DNA from: Spirochaetia bacterium
GTDB taxonomy: Bacteria > Spirochaetota > Spirochaetia > SZUA-6 > Bin103
Reading direction: 5' to 3'
Assembly: GCA_965203905.1 (NCBI GenBank)
Contig: CBDBDQ010000005.1
Span: 3,232,001 to 3,296,000, forward strand
Length of the DNA stretch: 64,000 nucleotides
Shown here: in pieces, positions 41,810 through 51,680 of the stretch
Position numbering within the stretch: the stretch's first letter is position 1
Layout of the letters: the number at the start of each line of letters is the position of its first letter
Notes under the pieces: model-generated
The model's input: only the letters and a program-made list of their open reading frames with translations
Told to the model about the DNA's origin: nothing
The model's database searches: none
Made by a program: the position numbers and the translations under genes

Positions 41810-44596
41810 ATGGCCGCACGCCCCGGCAGAGCGAAGCGGCTCTATCTCATCGACGGTATGCCACTGGTGTACCGCGCCTACTTCGTGTTCCTGAACCGCC
41901 CCCTGATCACCGCCAACGGCTTCAATTCCTCGGCGGTGTATGGTTACACCACCTCGCTGCTGCAGATCCTCAACGACGAGCAGCCCACCCACTTGGCGGT
42001 GGTGTTCGACACCCCCGGTCCCACCTGGCGCGACCGCGAGTACGCCGACTACAAGGGCACGCGGGCGAAGGCGCCGGAGGACATCGGCGCCTCGCTGCCG
42101 CACGTGCGCCGGATCACCGAGGCGATGGGTCTGTCGGTGATCGCCCATGACGGGGTGGAGGCGGACGACGTGATCGGCACCCTGGCGGCGCGCGCGGAGG
42201 CGGCCGGCTTCGACACCTACATGGTGACGCTGGACAAGGACTTTGCACAGTTGGTCAGCGACCACGTGTTCCTCTACCGGGTGCCACGCATGGCGGGCGA
42301 TCCGCCGCAGGTCTACGACGTGGCCGGGGTGCGCGAGCGCTTCGGCGTGGAGCGGCCGGAGCAGGTGATCGACCTGATCGGGCTGGCCGGCGACAGCGTG
42401 GACAACATCCCGGGCGTGCCGGGGGTGGGGGAGAAGACCGCGCAGAAGCTGATCGCCCGGTTCGGCACGGTGGAGGCGCTGGTCGCCGGCACCGATCGAT
42501 TGAAAGGCAAGCAGCGCGAGAGGATCGAGACCCACGCCGCGCAGGCGCTGCTGTCGAAGCGCCTGGCCACCATCGACCGCGAGCTGGACCTGGAGCTGGA
42601 CCTGGAGCGGCTGGCGGTGCCGGCGCTGGATCCGCAGCGCGTCATTCCGCTGTTCCAGGAGTTCGAGTTCAGCACACTCGTCGAGCGCGTGTTCGGCGAA
42701 GGCGAGGGCGCGGCGGCGGCTGCGGCGCCCACCGGTGGTGGCGTCGAGGGCGCGGACCGGCTGCGCACGCTGGACGACGTTGCCCACGACTACCGTCTGG
42801 TGGAGGGAGCGCCGGCGCGGGCGGGGCTGGTCGAGGACCTGCTACAGCAGGAGGCGGTCAGCCTGTTCGCGGTGTGCGGCAGCGGTGACCCCAAGCGGGT
42901 GCCGCTGGCGGGCGTCGCATTCCGCTGGCAGGAGGGCGCCGCGGCCTATCTGCCGCTCTCCGAGGGGCGCGCCGCGGCTGCCGCCGAGCTGGGCGAGCTG
43001 GCGTCCTTCTGGGAACACCCGGAGATCGTCAAGGTCGGCCACGACCTGAAGCGCTGGGTCACGGCGCTGCGCTGGCACGGCATCGCCGTCCGCGGCCGGC
43101 TGCTGGACACGCGCCTGGCGCACCAGTTGGTGGAGTCGGAGGGGGCGCACGACCTGGCGCTGCTGGCCGAGCACTACCTGGGCTACGCGCCGATCGTGCC
43201 CGGTGAGGCAGCCGCCGCGCTGCTGAAGAGCCCGGCGCTGAACGCCGAGGAGCTCGCCGCGGCCGGTTTGCCTGCCGCCGAACTGGCGACCTACGCCGGT
43301 GAGCGCGCGGACGTAACCGCGCACCTGCTGGACGCCCTGCTGCAGGAGATCGACCGCTACGATGAGCGCGAGCTGTGGGAGCAGGTCGAGGTGCCGCTGA
43401 TGCCGCTGCTGGTGGATATGGAGCACACCGGAGTGGCGGTTCGCGTCGGCGCCCTGCGCGACTACTCGCTGGAGCTGGAGAAGGAGATCGCCGCCCACGA
43501 GGCGGATCTGTACCGCCTGGCCGGCGGCCCGTTCAACCTCAACTCGCCGAAGCAGCTCGGGGAGCTGCTGTTCGACCGCCTCAAGATCGCCGACAAGCCG
43601 AAGCGCACCCGTACCGGGCAGTACGTGACCACCGAGCAGGAGCTGACCCGGCTCGCCGACCGCCACGCGATCATCCCCGCCATGCTGGAGTACCGCGTGG
43701 TGCAGAAGCTGAAGTCGACCTACGTGGACGCGTTGCCCGACTCGGTGGTGGCGGAGACCGGGCGCATCCACACCACCTTCAACCAGCTGGTGGCCGCTAC
43801 CGGGCGGCTCAACTCCGAGAACCCCAACCTGCAGAACATTCCCATTCGCACCGACAAGGGGCGGGAGATCCGCCGCGCCTTCGTCGCCCCGGAGCCCGGC
43901 CAGGTGCTGCTGGCCGCCGACTACTCGCAGATCGAGCTGCGCATCATGGCGGCCATTACCGCGGACCCCGGGCTGGTGGAGGCGTTCGCCGACGACGTGG
44001 ACATCCACGCCGCCACCTCCGCCAAGGTGTTCGGCGTCCCGCTGCCGGAGGTGACCGCCGAGATGCGGCGGCGGGCGAAGATGATCAACTTCGGCCTGAT
44101 GTACGGCATGTCCGCCTTCGGTCTGGCGCAGCGCCTCAACATCGCCCGCGCCGAGGCGCGCGAGATCATCGAGCGCTACTTCGGGCAGTTCCCGAGGATC
44201 CAGCAGTACATGGGCGACACCGTGCTGTTCGCGCGCGACAACGGCTACGTCCAGACCCTGCGCGGCCGGCGCCGCTACCTGCGCGACATCCGCTCGCGCA
44301 ACCACGCCGCGCGCGCCGCCGCCGAGCGGGTGGCGATCAACGCCCCGATCCAGGGCAGCGCCGCCGACATGATCAAGATCGCTATGCTGGATATCGACCG
44401 CGAGCTGCGCGAGCGCGCTCTGGCGGCGCGGATGATCCTGCAGGTGCACGACGAACTGGTGTTCGAGGTGCCGCAGGCCGAGCTGCAGCCGGTGACGGAC
44501 CTGGTGACCCGCTCCATGCGCGATGCCCTCGACCTGGGCCGGGTGCCGGTGGTGGTGGAGGTGGGCACCGGCGCCGACTGGCTGGAGGCACACTGA
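41810..44596 (+). CDS. polA: DNA polymerase I
   Basis: LYLIDG..LVYRAYF, EADDVIGTLA, DYSQIELR, AKMINFGLMYG, LQVHDELVFE. Confidence 0.98.
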   Translation: MAARPGRAKRLYLIDGMPLVYRAYFVFLNRPLITANGFNSSAVYGYTTSLLQILNDEQPTHLAVVFDTPGPTWRDREYADYKGTRAKAPEDIGASLPHVRRITEAMGLSVIAHDGVEADDVIGTLAARAEAAGFDTYMVTLDKDFAQLVSDHVFLYRVPRMAGDPPQVYDVAGVRERFGVERPEQVIDLIGLAGDSVDNIPGVPGVGEKTAQKLIARFGTVEALVAGTDRLKGKQRERIETHAAQALLSKRLATIDRELDLELDLERLAVPALDPQRVIPLFQEFEFSTLVERVFGEGEGAAAAAAPTGGGVEGADRLRTLDDVAHDYRLVEGAPARAGLVEDLLQQEAVSLFAVCGSGDPKRVPLAGVAFRWQEGAAAYLPLSEGRAAAAAELGELASFWEHPEIVKVGHDLKRWVTALRWHGIAVRGRLLDTRLAHQLVESEGAHDLALLAEHYLGYAPIVPGEAAAALLKSPALNAEELAAAGLPAAELATYAGERADVTAHLLDALLQEIDRYDERELWEQVEVPLMPLLVDMEHTGVAVRVGALRDYSLELEKEIAAHEADLYRLAGGPFNLNSPKQLGELLFDRLKIADKPKRTRTGQYVTTEQELTRLADRHAIIPAMLEYRVVQKLKSTYVDALPDSVVAETGRIHTTFNQLVAATGRLNSENPNLQNIPIRTDKGREIRRAFVAPEPGQVLLAADYSQIELRIMAAITADPGLVEAFADDVDIHAATSAKVFGVPLPEVTAEMRRRAKMINFGLMYGMSAFGLAQRLNIARAEAREIIERYFGQFPRIQQYMGDTVLFARDNGYVQTLRGRRRYLRDIRSRNHAARAAAERVAINAPIQGSAADMIKIAMLDIDRELRERALAARMILQVHDELVFEVPQAELQPVTDLVTRSMRDALDLGRVPVVVEVGTGADWLEAH

Positions 44597-44846
44597 CCAA
44601 AGCCGAACGGCGCACCCTGAGCATATTTCGTGCTATCGTTGACCGATCACGTAGCTTGGACTCGATGGCGGTGGGACCTCTGGTAGATAACGACCTAGTG
44701 ACATTCCCCGGAACGATCGACTTACGTTCCAAGTGGCAACTACCGCGACCGGCCTTCGTTTCCGTGGTGCAAGACGAGACTTTGGCGACTCAATATAGCG
44801 GAACGATAGCCCAAGTACCCTTGAGACCTCATCTGATCCGTTGGAT

Positions 44847-46178
44847 ATGAATCCAAGTTCAATCGTGCTGGCCTCCCGCCAAGAAATACCCCGATACAGC
44901 GCCGACGAATCATGTGTACAGTTTAGAGACTGGACCGGTGGGCGTTCTGTATCTACTGTTGGAACCAACGCCGGTACTGATCTCTTACCGTTTCAGACAT
45001 GGCGCCGATTCAAGGAGGCGTTTGCTCCCGAACTCATTGAGAGGGCTGTGGCCGAGACACCCTCCCGAGTTCGACATATTGTTGATCCATTCGGTGGCTC
45101 TGGTACCACTGCCCTTGCTGCGCAGTTCCTCGGCACTCTTCCGACAACGATAGAGGTGAATCCCTACCTTGCTGATCTCATAGAGGCAAAATTGGCACCC
45201 ATCGATTTCAGCAGAGCTATCGAGCTATACCGACACATTGTTGAAGACGTAACTGAAAGTAGTATGGAATCTTCGCCAGTATTCAACGGCGCCCCCGCCA
45301 CCTTCGTCGAACCAGGAAAAGACGGTCGGTATGTCTTTTCGCAGGAAGTTGCTGGACGGATCCTGGCGTACCGAGCGGCTATTGAGAGAGTATCGGACCC
45401 CACGCACCGTAGACTCTTTCGTGTGGTGCTAGGGTCCACTGCTGTTCCCTCAAGCAATGTTGTTGTGAGCGGAAAAGGTCGCAGATACCGTATGGGTTGG
45501 AAAGAGCGTCGCCACTCGTCACATAGTGTAGACGATCTCTTTCGAAGTAAGCTGCTCCAAGCGCTGCATGACTTGCGTAAGTTCGCAGCTCGCCGATGCC
45601 TTCACTACCGCATCCTCCGTGGTGATGCGCGGGAACTTGCAGACCAGATTGGTCCCTACGACCTTGCTGTGTTCTCGCCTCCATATCCAAACTCATTCGA
45701 TTATACCGACGTATACAACGTAGAGCTATGGACGTTGGGATACCTCGACAGCGCCGGTGCGAACACGCGACTGCGTCACTCAACACTCAGTAGCCACGTC
45801 CAGCTAATCCGACGATTCGAACCAGGTTCGCTCCAGAGCCCAACCCTGAAGCGGACTCTAGACGCGCTTGCGGGCGTCCGAAACAAGCTATGGAGTCAGC
45901 ACATCCCGGAGATGATTGGTGCGTACGCCCACGATATGGAGATCGTGATGAGGAAGCTTGCGGGAGGAGTCCGTTCTCGCGGTCGGATCTACATCGTTGT
46001 AGGAGACAGCCGATATGCTGGCGTGGTCGTTCCGGCGAGTACTATAATATCGGAGATCGCACAGTCCATCGGTTTCAAGTTGGTCGGTTTAGAGTCGTGT
46101 CGGGCAATGCGAACGTCACCACAGCAGGGAGGAGAGTTTGATCTTGCAGAGACACTGCTTATCATGGAGTGGCCTTAG
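44847..46178 (+). CDS. Alpha-class amino-DNA methyltransferase (SPPY, likely m4C)
   Basis: FQTWRRFKEAFAPELI, VDPFGGSGTT (motif I) ahead of FSPPYPNSFDY (motif IV), IVVGDSRYAG. Lower GC than the flanks. Confidence 0.88.
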   Translation: MNPSSIVLASRQEIPRYSADESCVQFRDWTGGRSVSTVGTNAGTDLLPFQTWRRFKEAFAPELIERAVAETPSRVRHIVDPFGGSGTTALAAQFLGTLPTTIEVNPYLADLIEAKLAPIDFSRAIELYRHIVEDVTESSMESSPVFNGAPATFVEPGKDGRYVFSQEVAGRILAYRAAIERVSDPTHRRLFRVVLGSTAVPSSNVVVSGKGRRYRMGWKERRHSSHSVDDLFRSKLLQALHDLRKFAARRCLHYRILRGDARELADQIGPYDLAVFSPPYPNSFDYTDVYNVELWTLGYLDSAGANTRLRHSTLSSHVQLIRRFEPGSLQSPTLKRTLDALAGVRNKLWSQHIPEMIGAYAHDMEIVMRKLAGGVRSRGRIYIVVGDSRYAGVVVPASTIISEIAQSIGFKLVGLESCRAMRTSPQQGGEFDLAETLLIMEWP

Positions 46179-46197
46179 TAGAAGCGCGCCAAAGAGT

Positions 46198-47286
46198 TTA
46201 GATGCCGGTATAGCCCGAAGCTCTCGCTTCGCTCGCAGAGCCAAAGAGTGGTCGTATCTCCATTGAGGAGATTCCGCGATATTGGCGCAGGGCGTTTTTG
46301 ATGCTGGATGAGCGAAACAGATCGAGGCGTTTTTCTTTGCGAAGATCATAAATTTCGATTAGTGCCTCGGCAGCGCGACGGTTAGCGCGGTACGCCGAAG
46401 CTTGTTTGATGCCGTCCGTAATGGCGCTTTCATTGGTGCTTTGACTTACGGTTGATGGATTGGATGGGCGGTGTGAAGTCGTGAATGATTTAATTACCTT
46501 TAGTTCTATAATAGCCCAGTACTGCAACGGACCGCTTCCGACGGCGCTGAGCAAACGAACGTCTATTCTTCCGATATTCGTTGTGTCTTCGACTTCTGCT
46601 CGTAAGTTGCCATGGAACCATGAGCTGAGAGCCGTCTGTAGACTCAACTGGATGCTTTTTTCGGGTCTTTCCGCCGGAATGTATCGATTCCCATAGCGCG
46701 GTTTCCACACGCCGTCCGGGCAACACGAAGGCGTGAGGAGTCTTTGAATGTGAAAGTGGCGAAGTGCTTTCAAGAGCTCGGAAAGAGAGGCTGCGGGTTC
46801 GTAGTCGCGAATCGGGTCGTTCCTTGCGGCGTCTCGTGTTCCTGCAAGCCGTGTCACCATAGTCATTGTGTTTCGATAAACGATCACGACGGGAGAGCTG
46901 GTGAGGGACGCATCGTCGAGCCATTCAAGAATCCCGGTCTGGTCGGTTGGCAGGGGCATTGAGCGGCCGGCAGATGCATCGCAGTTGGTGAAGAAGAGTT
47001 GGCCAAGTAAGGGGGTTGCTGTTGCGAGAGGATCTGCGAAGGGTTTGGCTCCGTGGCGTTGTCCCACTTCGCGCGGGTAAGAGACCATCACAAAAACGGC
47101 AACGTCCTGCTCGCCTTCGTTCGGCCACCCCTGACGTGCTCGTTTTTCCACAAGAGATAGGATTGCTTGTGCGAACCGATCAGGAACCACGCCCTGTATA
47201 TTCGGTAGACTGGGAATAAGACTAGCAATAGCAGCGATGTCATTTTCGGCTACACCAGGTATTTGCGAAGTAGCGTCACGCGGCAT
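46198..47286 (-). CDS. Putative PD-(D/E)XK nuclease effector with an uncharacterised N-terminal domain
   Basis: EKSIQ..L...L, GRIDVRL, IIELKVIK, GIKQASAYR in the C-terminal half. Confidence 0.65.
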   Translation of the reverse strand: MPRDATSQIPGVAENDIAAIASLIPSLPNIQGVVPDRFAQAILSLVEKRARQGWPNEGEQDVAVFVMVSYPREVGQRHGAKPFADPLATATPLLGQLFFTNCDASAGRSMPLPTDQTGILEWLDDASLTSSPVVIVYRNTMTMVTRLAGTRDAARNDPIRDYEPAASLSELLKALRHFHIQRLLTPSCCPDGVWKPRYGNRYIPAERPEKSIQLSLQTALSSWFHGNLRAEVEDTTNIGRIDVRLLSAVGSGPLQYWAIIELKVIKSFTTSHRPSNPSTVSQSTNESAITDGIKQASAYRANRRAAEALIEIYDLRKEKRLDLFRSSSIKNALRQYRGISSMEIRPLFGSASEARASGYTGI

Positions 47287-47989
47287 GCATCAATCGTCCG
47301 AGATAGGATGCGTACAAATATAGTCTTTCGCCGGGCGAAAGGTTAGACTCGCCGGGAAGGAACGCACGGAAGCGTTCGGTGACTTGCCAACTACCATTCG
47401 CCTCATGATGATCAGTAGCCCATGCACCAAAGTCGACCACACTGTGCAGCTCTCCAGTGGATCGGTATGTGACGTCCTGACTCGCCGCCACGTCAATCTC
47501 TTCGTCTGGTAGGGACGCTAGCGCACGGGCGAGTTCAACGAGAAACTCATGAAATCTAACGTCCACTTTATCGAGAGCATCCTCTGGTCCTTGGGCGCCG
47601 AGTTTCTTCAACAACCCTTGAAGGTGCTTCGACCCAAAATCCAATGCATAGTATCCGATAGTCCGTGCACCGTACTCACCACGGCGAACAAAACGTACAT
47701 CGCTGATCTGAACAAGCCCAACAGCGACTAGATGGTCAAGTTCTGCTTGCAGATCAGGATAGTATGGCCCGCCCTCGGACCGATATATCTTCCCATCGAA
47801 CGGTACAAGATCCCAAACAGGACTGAGGACGTCCGAAAGATAAGCGTACGCATGAAGCCGGGGGGAGCTGAGTGGGGTTATAGCGGCGCGCTCGGCTGCC
47901 TCAAGCAGTAAGAGCAGCCGGCAACGTTGCTTCGTCTTTAACAGGAATTGATCGTATAGCTCTTCTTCAGTGTAGCTATCAGTCATCAA
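47276..47989 (-). CDS. Hypothetical winged-helix-like protein (ABC-3C middle component/SocA-like pattern)
   Basis: RLHAYAYL.D..., GPYYPDLQAELDHLVAVGLV. Overlaps both neighbouring genes. Confidence 0.6.
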   Translation of the reverse strand: MMTDSYTEEELYDQFLLKTKQRCRLLLLLEAAERAAITPLSSPRLHAYAYLSDVLSPVWDLVPFDGKIYRSEGGPYYPDLQAELDHLVAVGLVQISDVRFVRRGEYGARTIGYYALDFGSKHLQGLLKKLGAQGPEDALDKVDVRFHEFLVELARALASLPDEEIDVAASQDVTYRSTGELHSVVDFGAWATDHHEANGSWQVTERFRAFLPGESNLSPGERLYLYASYLGRLMHAA

Positions 47990-50001
47990 TTCACACCTAA
48001 AAGTGCGCTGTCGAGTAGTTCTCGGTAACGTTCACCGTCTTGCTGCAATGCAAGATTCGGAGCGGCTATCTGCATAAGATCTAGAACATGATCTAGCCTC
48101 ATAGCTGTGTCTCTTTGCGGAGCAGGTCCACCAAATAGCTCCGAAATAATCCCCATATTTGTGAGGTTACTTGTTAGGATTAGGCGGTTATTTCCTTGTG
48201 CCGAGAAATCATGAAGTGTTCTACCAATTCGCTCCATCGACACAGGGTCCAAACTTGCCTCTGGAGTCTCCATCACAAATGTGCTCGTCCCAAAAAACAC
48301 TTGCATTAGCGCTAGACGAAATGCGAGATCGATGATTTCACGCTGTGACTCCGACACTTCGTTCGGATCGATTCGTCGAACGAACCCGGGACGATCGGCG
48401 GCCTCCATCTCGGCGACAAATGCTGGCACTTCGATGCGGTCATGGCCGGGTGCCTGAAGATACCGAGGCTCCCGCTTGACTTGCGCAAGCCGAATGTTCT
48501 CTACAAGAAGAGTACGCGCTACATCCTGGAATGCAGTCAACAGCAAGTTCGACCTCTCCAAAATCGCACTTTGCCTATCACGGAGAAGGCTCTCGAGCTG
48601 CCGGAAGCGAGCAGCACGAGTTGCCTGCCAGCGACGAAGCTGAGTCTCCAGTGCACTTAGAGTCCCTTCGTACTCTCTAACGCTCCCTTCCGGCGCCAGT
48701 CTTGCTCTAAGCCGCCTCGCGGTACTCTCTCTATCCCGGAATGACTGCCGGACCTGCGACAGTGCATCGAGAGTGCTCTCATATTCGTGGACGCTACCAC
48801 GTAGCCGTCGTGACCTCGTTTCCTCCTCACGGTACGCACGCTCCACACGTTCTCGCGCACGCTCCAAATTTGCCTGTTCGAATACGTGCGACGGAATCAC
48901 CGCATCATGCTCTTTTGGATCAGCGCCACACACGGGACAATTCCCGCGTTCGATCCGGCTCTCAAGTTCCAATTGTGTTTCTTCCGCATCAGAGCTACAA
49001 ACTAAGCAGCGCCCATCTGTCATAATCCGGGAGAGGACGAGACGAGCGACTTCGTCCATACTTGGGAAGTATCGAGACAATGCGGTATACTTGAGCCGTT
49101 CGACCGCACCTACCGCTTCTTCGCGTTCGATTTTCGCTCGTTCAAGCTCAAGTCGTGCGTTTTTCCGCTCGGTGTCATGCTCATCAAGGAGAGCTTCAAG
49201 TCGGTTCGCTTCGATGATCTCTGCATCGAGGACCGCTTGCTCAGCCTCGAGTTGAGCGAGCAATCCAACGGTCTCGGCCTCCCGTTGTTTGAGTTCTGTC
49301 AAGTCCCGCTCGGTTGCACGTAGCCGTGCGTGTACGTTGCGTGCTTGGCTGTCTGCACTCTGCAGGAGCCTCTCTAGTTCTGCGACCTCTGAAGCAGCTT
49401 CTTTGGGAAGACAGAGTGTGCGAAGCAATTGTCGTTGAGCGTTAGTATCCCAAAGCGCTCCCGGGCGATTCTCGAGGAACAGTACGATGTGATGGAGGAC
49501 AAGCAAGACATCTACGAAATCTCCGAGTCCAAATAGCTCGGTGAGTTTGGTCTGAATCAGCTCTTCACGTCCCGCTTTGGAAGTTGGTATGTCGAGTAGA
49601 TTCCCATCAATACAGAGCGCCGTCAACGATAGGTTGTCGAGTCTTCTGGAAATCGTGATCTGTGTGTCGCCTATCGTTGCTGACAGCGATGCTTGGGCGT
49701 TTACGGCACCGTCGGCGACGCGATCGGCGAAGAACCTAGCTTGTTTCCGTCGAAGTGAGACGGGTGATCTCGGAAGGACGACATCGAGGGTCGCTGGCAT
49801 ACCATCGCTGGTGAGGTCGTAGGGACCGGTCAAGCACCGTAGGATCATAGTGATCAGCGTGGTCTTTCCAAGACCGTTGATGCCAGCGATCAGGGTGAGG
49901 CCGTTTGGGAACTGCCAACGGATCCCGCTGCCGCGGGGATGGCCGGGGAACAAGCGATAGTCGGTGACTTCCAACCGTGTGAAGATCGGTAGGTGGACCA
50001 T
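47986..50001 (-). CDS. Rad50/SMC-like ABC ATPase with coiled coil and a double CxxC hook
   Basis: GINGLGKTT (Walker A), coiled coils around CLVC...CPVC, VSESQREIIDLAFRLAL (signature), VMETPEASLD (Walker B/D-loop), TSNL. Confidence 0.85.
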   Translation of the reverse strand: MVHLPIFTRLEVTDYRLFPGHPRGSGIRWQFPNGLTLIAGINGLGKTTLITMILRCLTGPYDLTSDGMPATLDVVLPRSPVSLRRKQARFFADRVADGAVNAQASLSATIGDTQITISRRLDNLSLTALCIDGNLLDIPTSKAGREELIQTKLTELFGLGDFVDVLLVLHHIVLFLENRPGALWDTNAQRQLLRTLCLPKEAASEVAELERLLQSADSQARNVHARLRATERDLTELKQREAETVGLLAQLEAEQAVLDAEIIEANRLEALLDEHDTERKNARLELERAKIEREEAVGAVERLKYTALSRYFPSMDEVARLVLSRIMTDGRCLVCSSDAEETQLELESRIERGNCPVCGADPKEHDAVIPSHVFEQANLERARERVERAYREEETRSRRLRGSVHEYESTLDALSQVRQSFRDRESTARRLRARLAPEGSVREYEGTLSALETQLRRWQATRAARFRQLESLLRDRQSAILERSNLLLTAFQDVARTLLVENIRLAQVKREPRYLQAPGHDRIEVPAFVAEMEAADRPGFVRRIDPNEVSESQREIIDLAFRLALMQVFFGTSTFVMETPEASLDPVSMERIGRTLHDFSAQGNNRLILTSNLTNMGIISELFGGPAPQRDTAMRLDHVLDLMQIAAPNLALQQDGERYRELLDSALLGVN

Positions 50002-50568
50002 TCAGTCTTGTCGGGGGTCGGTTGAACGACGTTGGCCTAGGACCTGCCAGGTATGCTGGCGGCGGGTCCCGAAGCACAACCGCTGGCGGGCACCTCGTTG
50101 GATGGTGCAATTTGCAGTCATTTTCCTCTCCGCTAGTGCTCATAAGATAGCAAGTATCGACATACGCCACTACTAGGGGCGGTGCTGTAGAACATTGACA
50201 AGCTGATTCGGGCTGCTGCTTCAGAGTGCTCGCGTGGTGATTCCGAAAATCTGCGACGAGCTACGTAACTTGCTACGCAGTAGTGGAATAGTAGCACACG
50301 GCTCGAAGTTTCGCAGCTATCGGTTAAGTTGAAGGGTGACGCGACCGTGCGCGTCCGGTTGCCTCGTTTCATTAGCTCTCAGCGGCCGCGCACGTAGTCG
50401 AACTCCAGTTCGTCTCTTCTCTTCGAACCCGCTTCGTTGTGGTTGCGATACGCGGTAGATCGAGCGGGCAGTGGCGAAGGCACGACAAACCGGCAGCACC
50501 GGACGTATGGCGATGCACTGTACTCGCACACCTCAAGGCACAGAGACTGGCCTTCAACGCTCAACCAG

Positions 50569-51672
50569 CTACGTGTGGCGACGAACTTGCGCCTCCTGGC
50601 GCAGCAGGTGGTCGGCCAGCACCAGGTTGAACATGGCATCCGCCAGCGGCACGGCGCGCGGCAACACGCACGGGTCGTGGCGGCCGCGCGGCTTCAGGGT
50701 GATCTCGTTGCCCGCCTCGTCGACGGTCTGCTGCGGGCGCAGGATCGTGGCCGTGGGCTTGAAGGCGGCGCGCACCACGATCGCCTCGCCGTTGGAGATT
50801 CCGCCCTGCACGCCCCCGGAGCGGTTGCTGCGGGTGCGCACCCGCGCACCGTCGGGATGGTCACGGTCCAGGTAGAACAGGTCGTTGTGGGTGCTGCCGG
50901 TCATCCGCGTGCCGGCGAAGCCGGAGCCGATCTCGAACCCGCGGCAGGCGGGCAGCGACAGCAGCGCCTTCGCCAGGTCGGCGTCGAGCTTGTCGAACAC
51001 CGGCTCGCCGAGTCCGGGCGGAATGCCGCGCGCCACCGCCTCCACCACGCCGCCGAGCGAGTCGCCCGCCTTGCGCGCCCGCTCGATGCGTTCCTGGATA
51101 GCTGCCGCCGCGGCCGGATCGGGGCAGCGGGTGATGTGCGCCTCTACCGCGTCGCGGGTGACGCGGTCCGGGTCGACCTCGGCATCCACGTCGCTCACCT
51201 GCTTGACGTAGGACACGACCTCGGCGCCGCAGTTCAGGCGCAGCACCTTGGCGGCGATGGCGCCGGCCGCCACCCGCCCCACGGTTTCGCGGGCGCTGGC
51301 CCGGCCGCCGCCGCGCCAGTCGCGGCGACCGTACTTGGCGGAGTAGGTGTAGTCGGCGTGGGAGGGACGGAAGGCGGTGCGCATCTCGTCGTAGTCGCGG
51401 GAGCGCGCATCCTGGTTGCGCACCAGGATGTGAATCGCGGTGCCGGTGGTGCAGCCCTCGAATACTCCCGACAGGATCTCGGCGCGGTCCGCTTCCGCGC
51501 GCTGGGTGGTGATGCGGCTCTGGCCGGGCCGGCGGCGGTCGAGCTCGGCCTGCAGATCGGCCTCGTCCAGCGGCACTCCGGGCGGACAGCCGTCCACCAC
51601 GACGCCCACCGCGGGGCCGTGGGACTCGCCCCAGGTGGTGATGCGGAACAGGTGACCGAAGCTGCTTCCCAT
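50569..51672 (-). CDS. aroC: Chorismate synthase
   Basis: [48 protein letters not shown]. Confidence 0.97.
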   Translation of the reverse strand: MGSSFGHLFRITTWGESHGPAVGVVVDGCPPGVPLDEADLQAELDRRRPGQSRITTQRAEADRAEILSGVFEGCTTGTAIHILVRNQDARSRDYDEMRTAFRPSHADYTYSAKYGRRDWRGGGRASARETVGRVAAGAIAAKVLRLNCGAEVVSYVKQVSDVDAEVDPDRVTRDAVEAHITRCPDPAAAAAIQERIERARKAGDSLGGVVEAVARGIPPGLGEPVFDKLDADLAKALLSLPACRGFEIGSGFAGTRMTGSTHNDLFYLDRDHPDGARVRTRSNRSGGVQGGISNGEAIVVRAAFKPTATILRPQQTVDEAGNEITLKPRGRHDPCVLPRAVPLADAMFNLVLADHLLRQEAQVRRHT

Positions 51673-51680
51673 GGCCGCTC

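Larger units (their letters stand above)
44600..50565. mobile_element. Horizontally acquired lower-GC defence-like island between polA and aroC
   Basis: Visible drop in GC and codon bias between two convergent housekeeping genes. No integrase seen. Confidence 0.6.

Noticed and set aside
46198-50001. Dnd phosphorothioation, Wadjet or SbcCD interpretation of the SMC-like ATPase
   Set aside because: No DndC/DndE or cysteine desulfurase, no JetA/JetD-like genes and no SbcD phosphoesterase. The ATPase is also much shorter than JetC.
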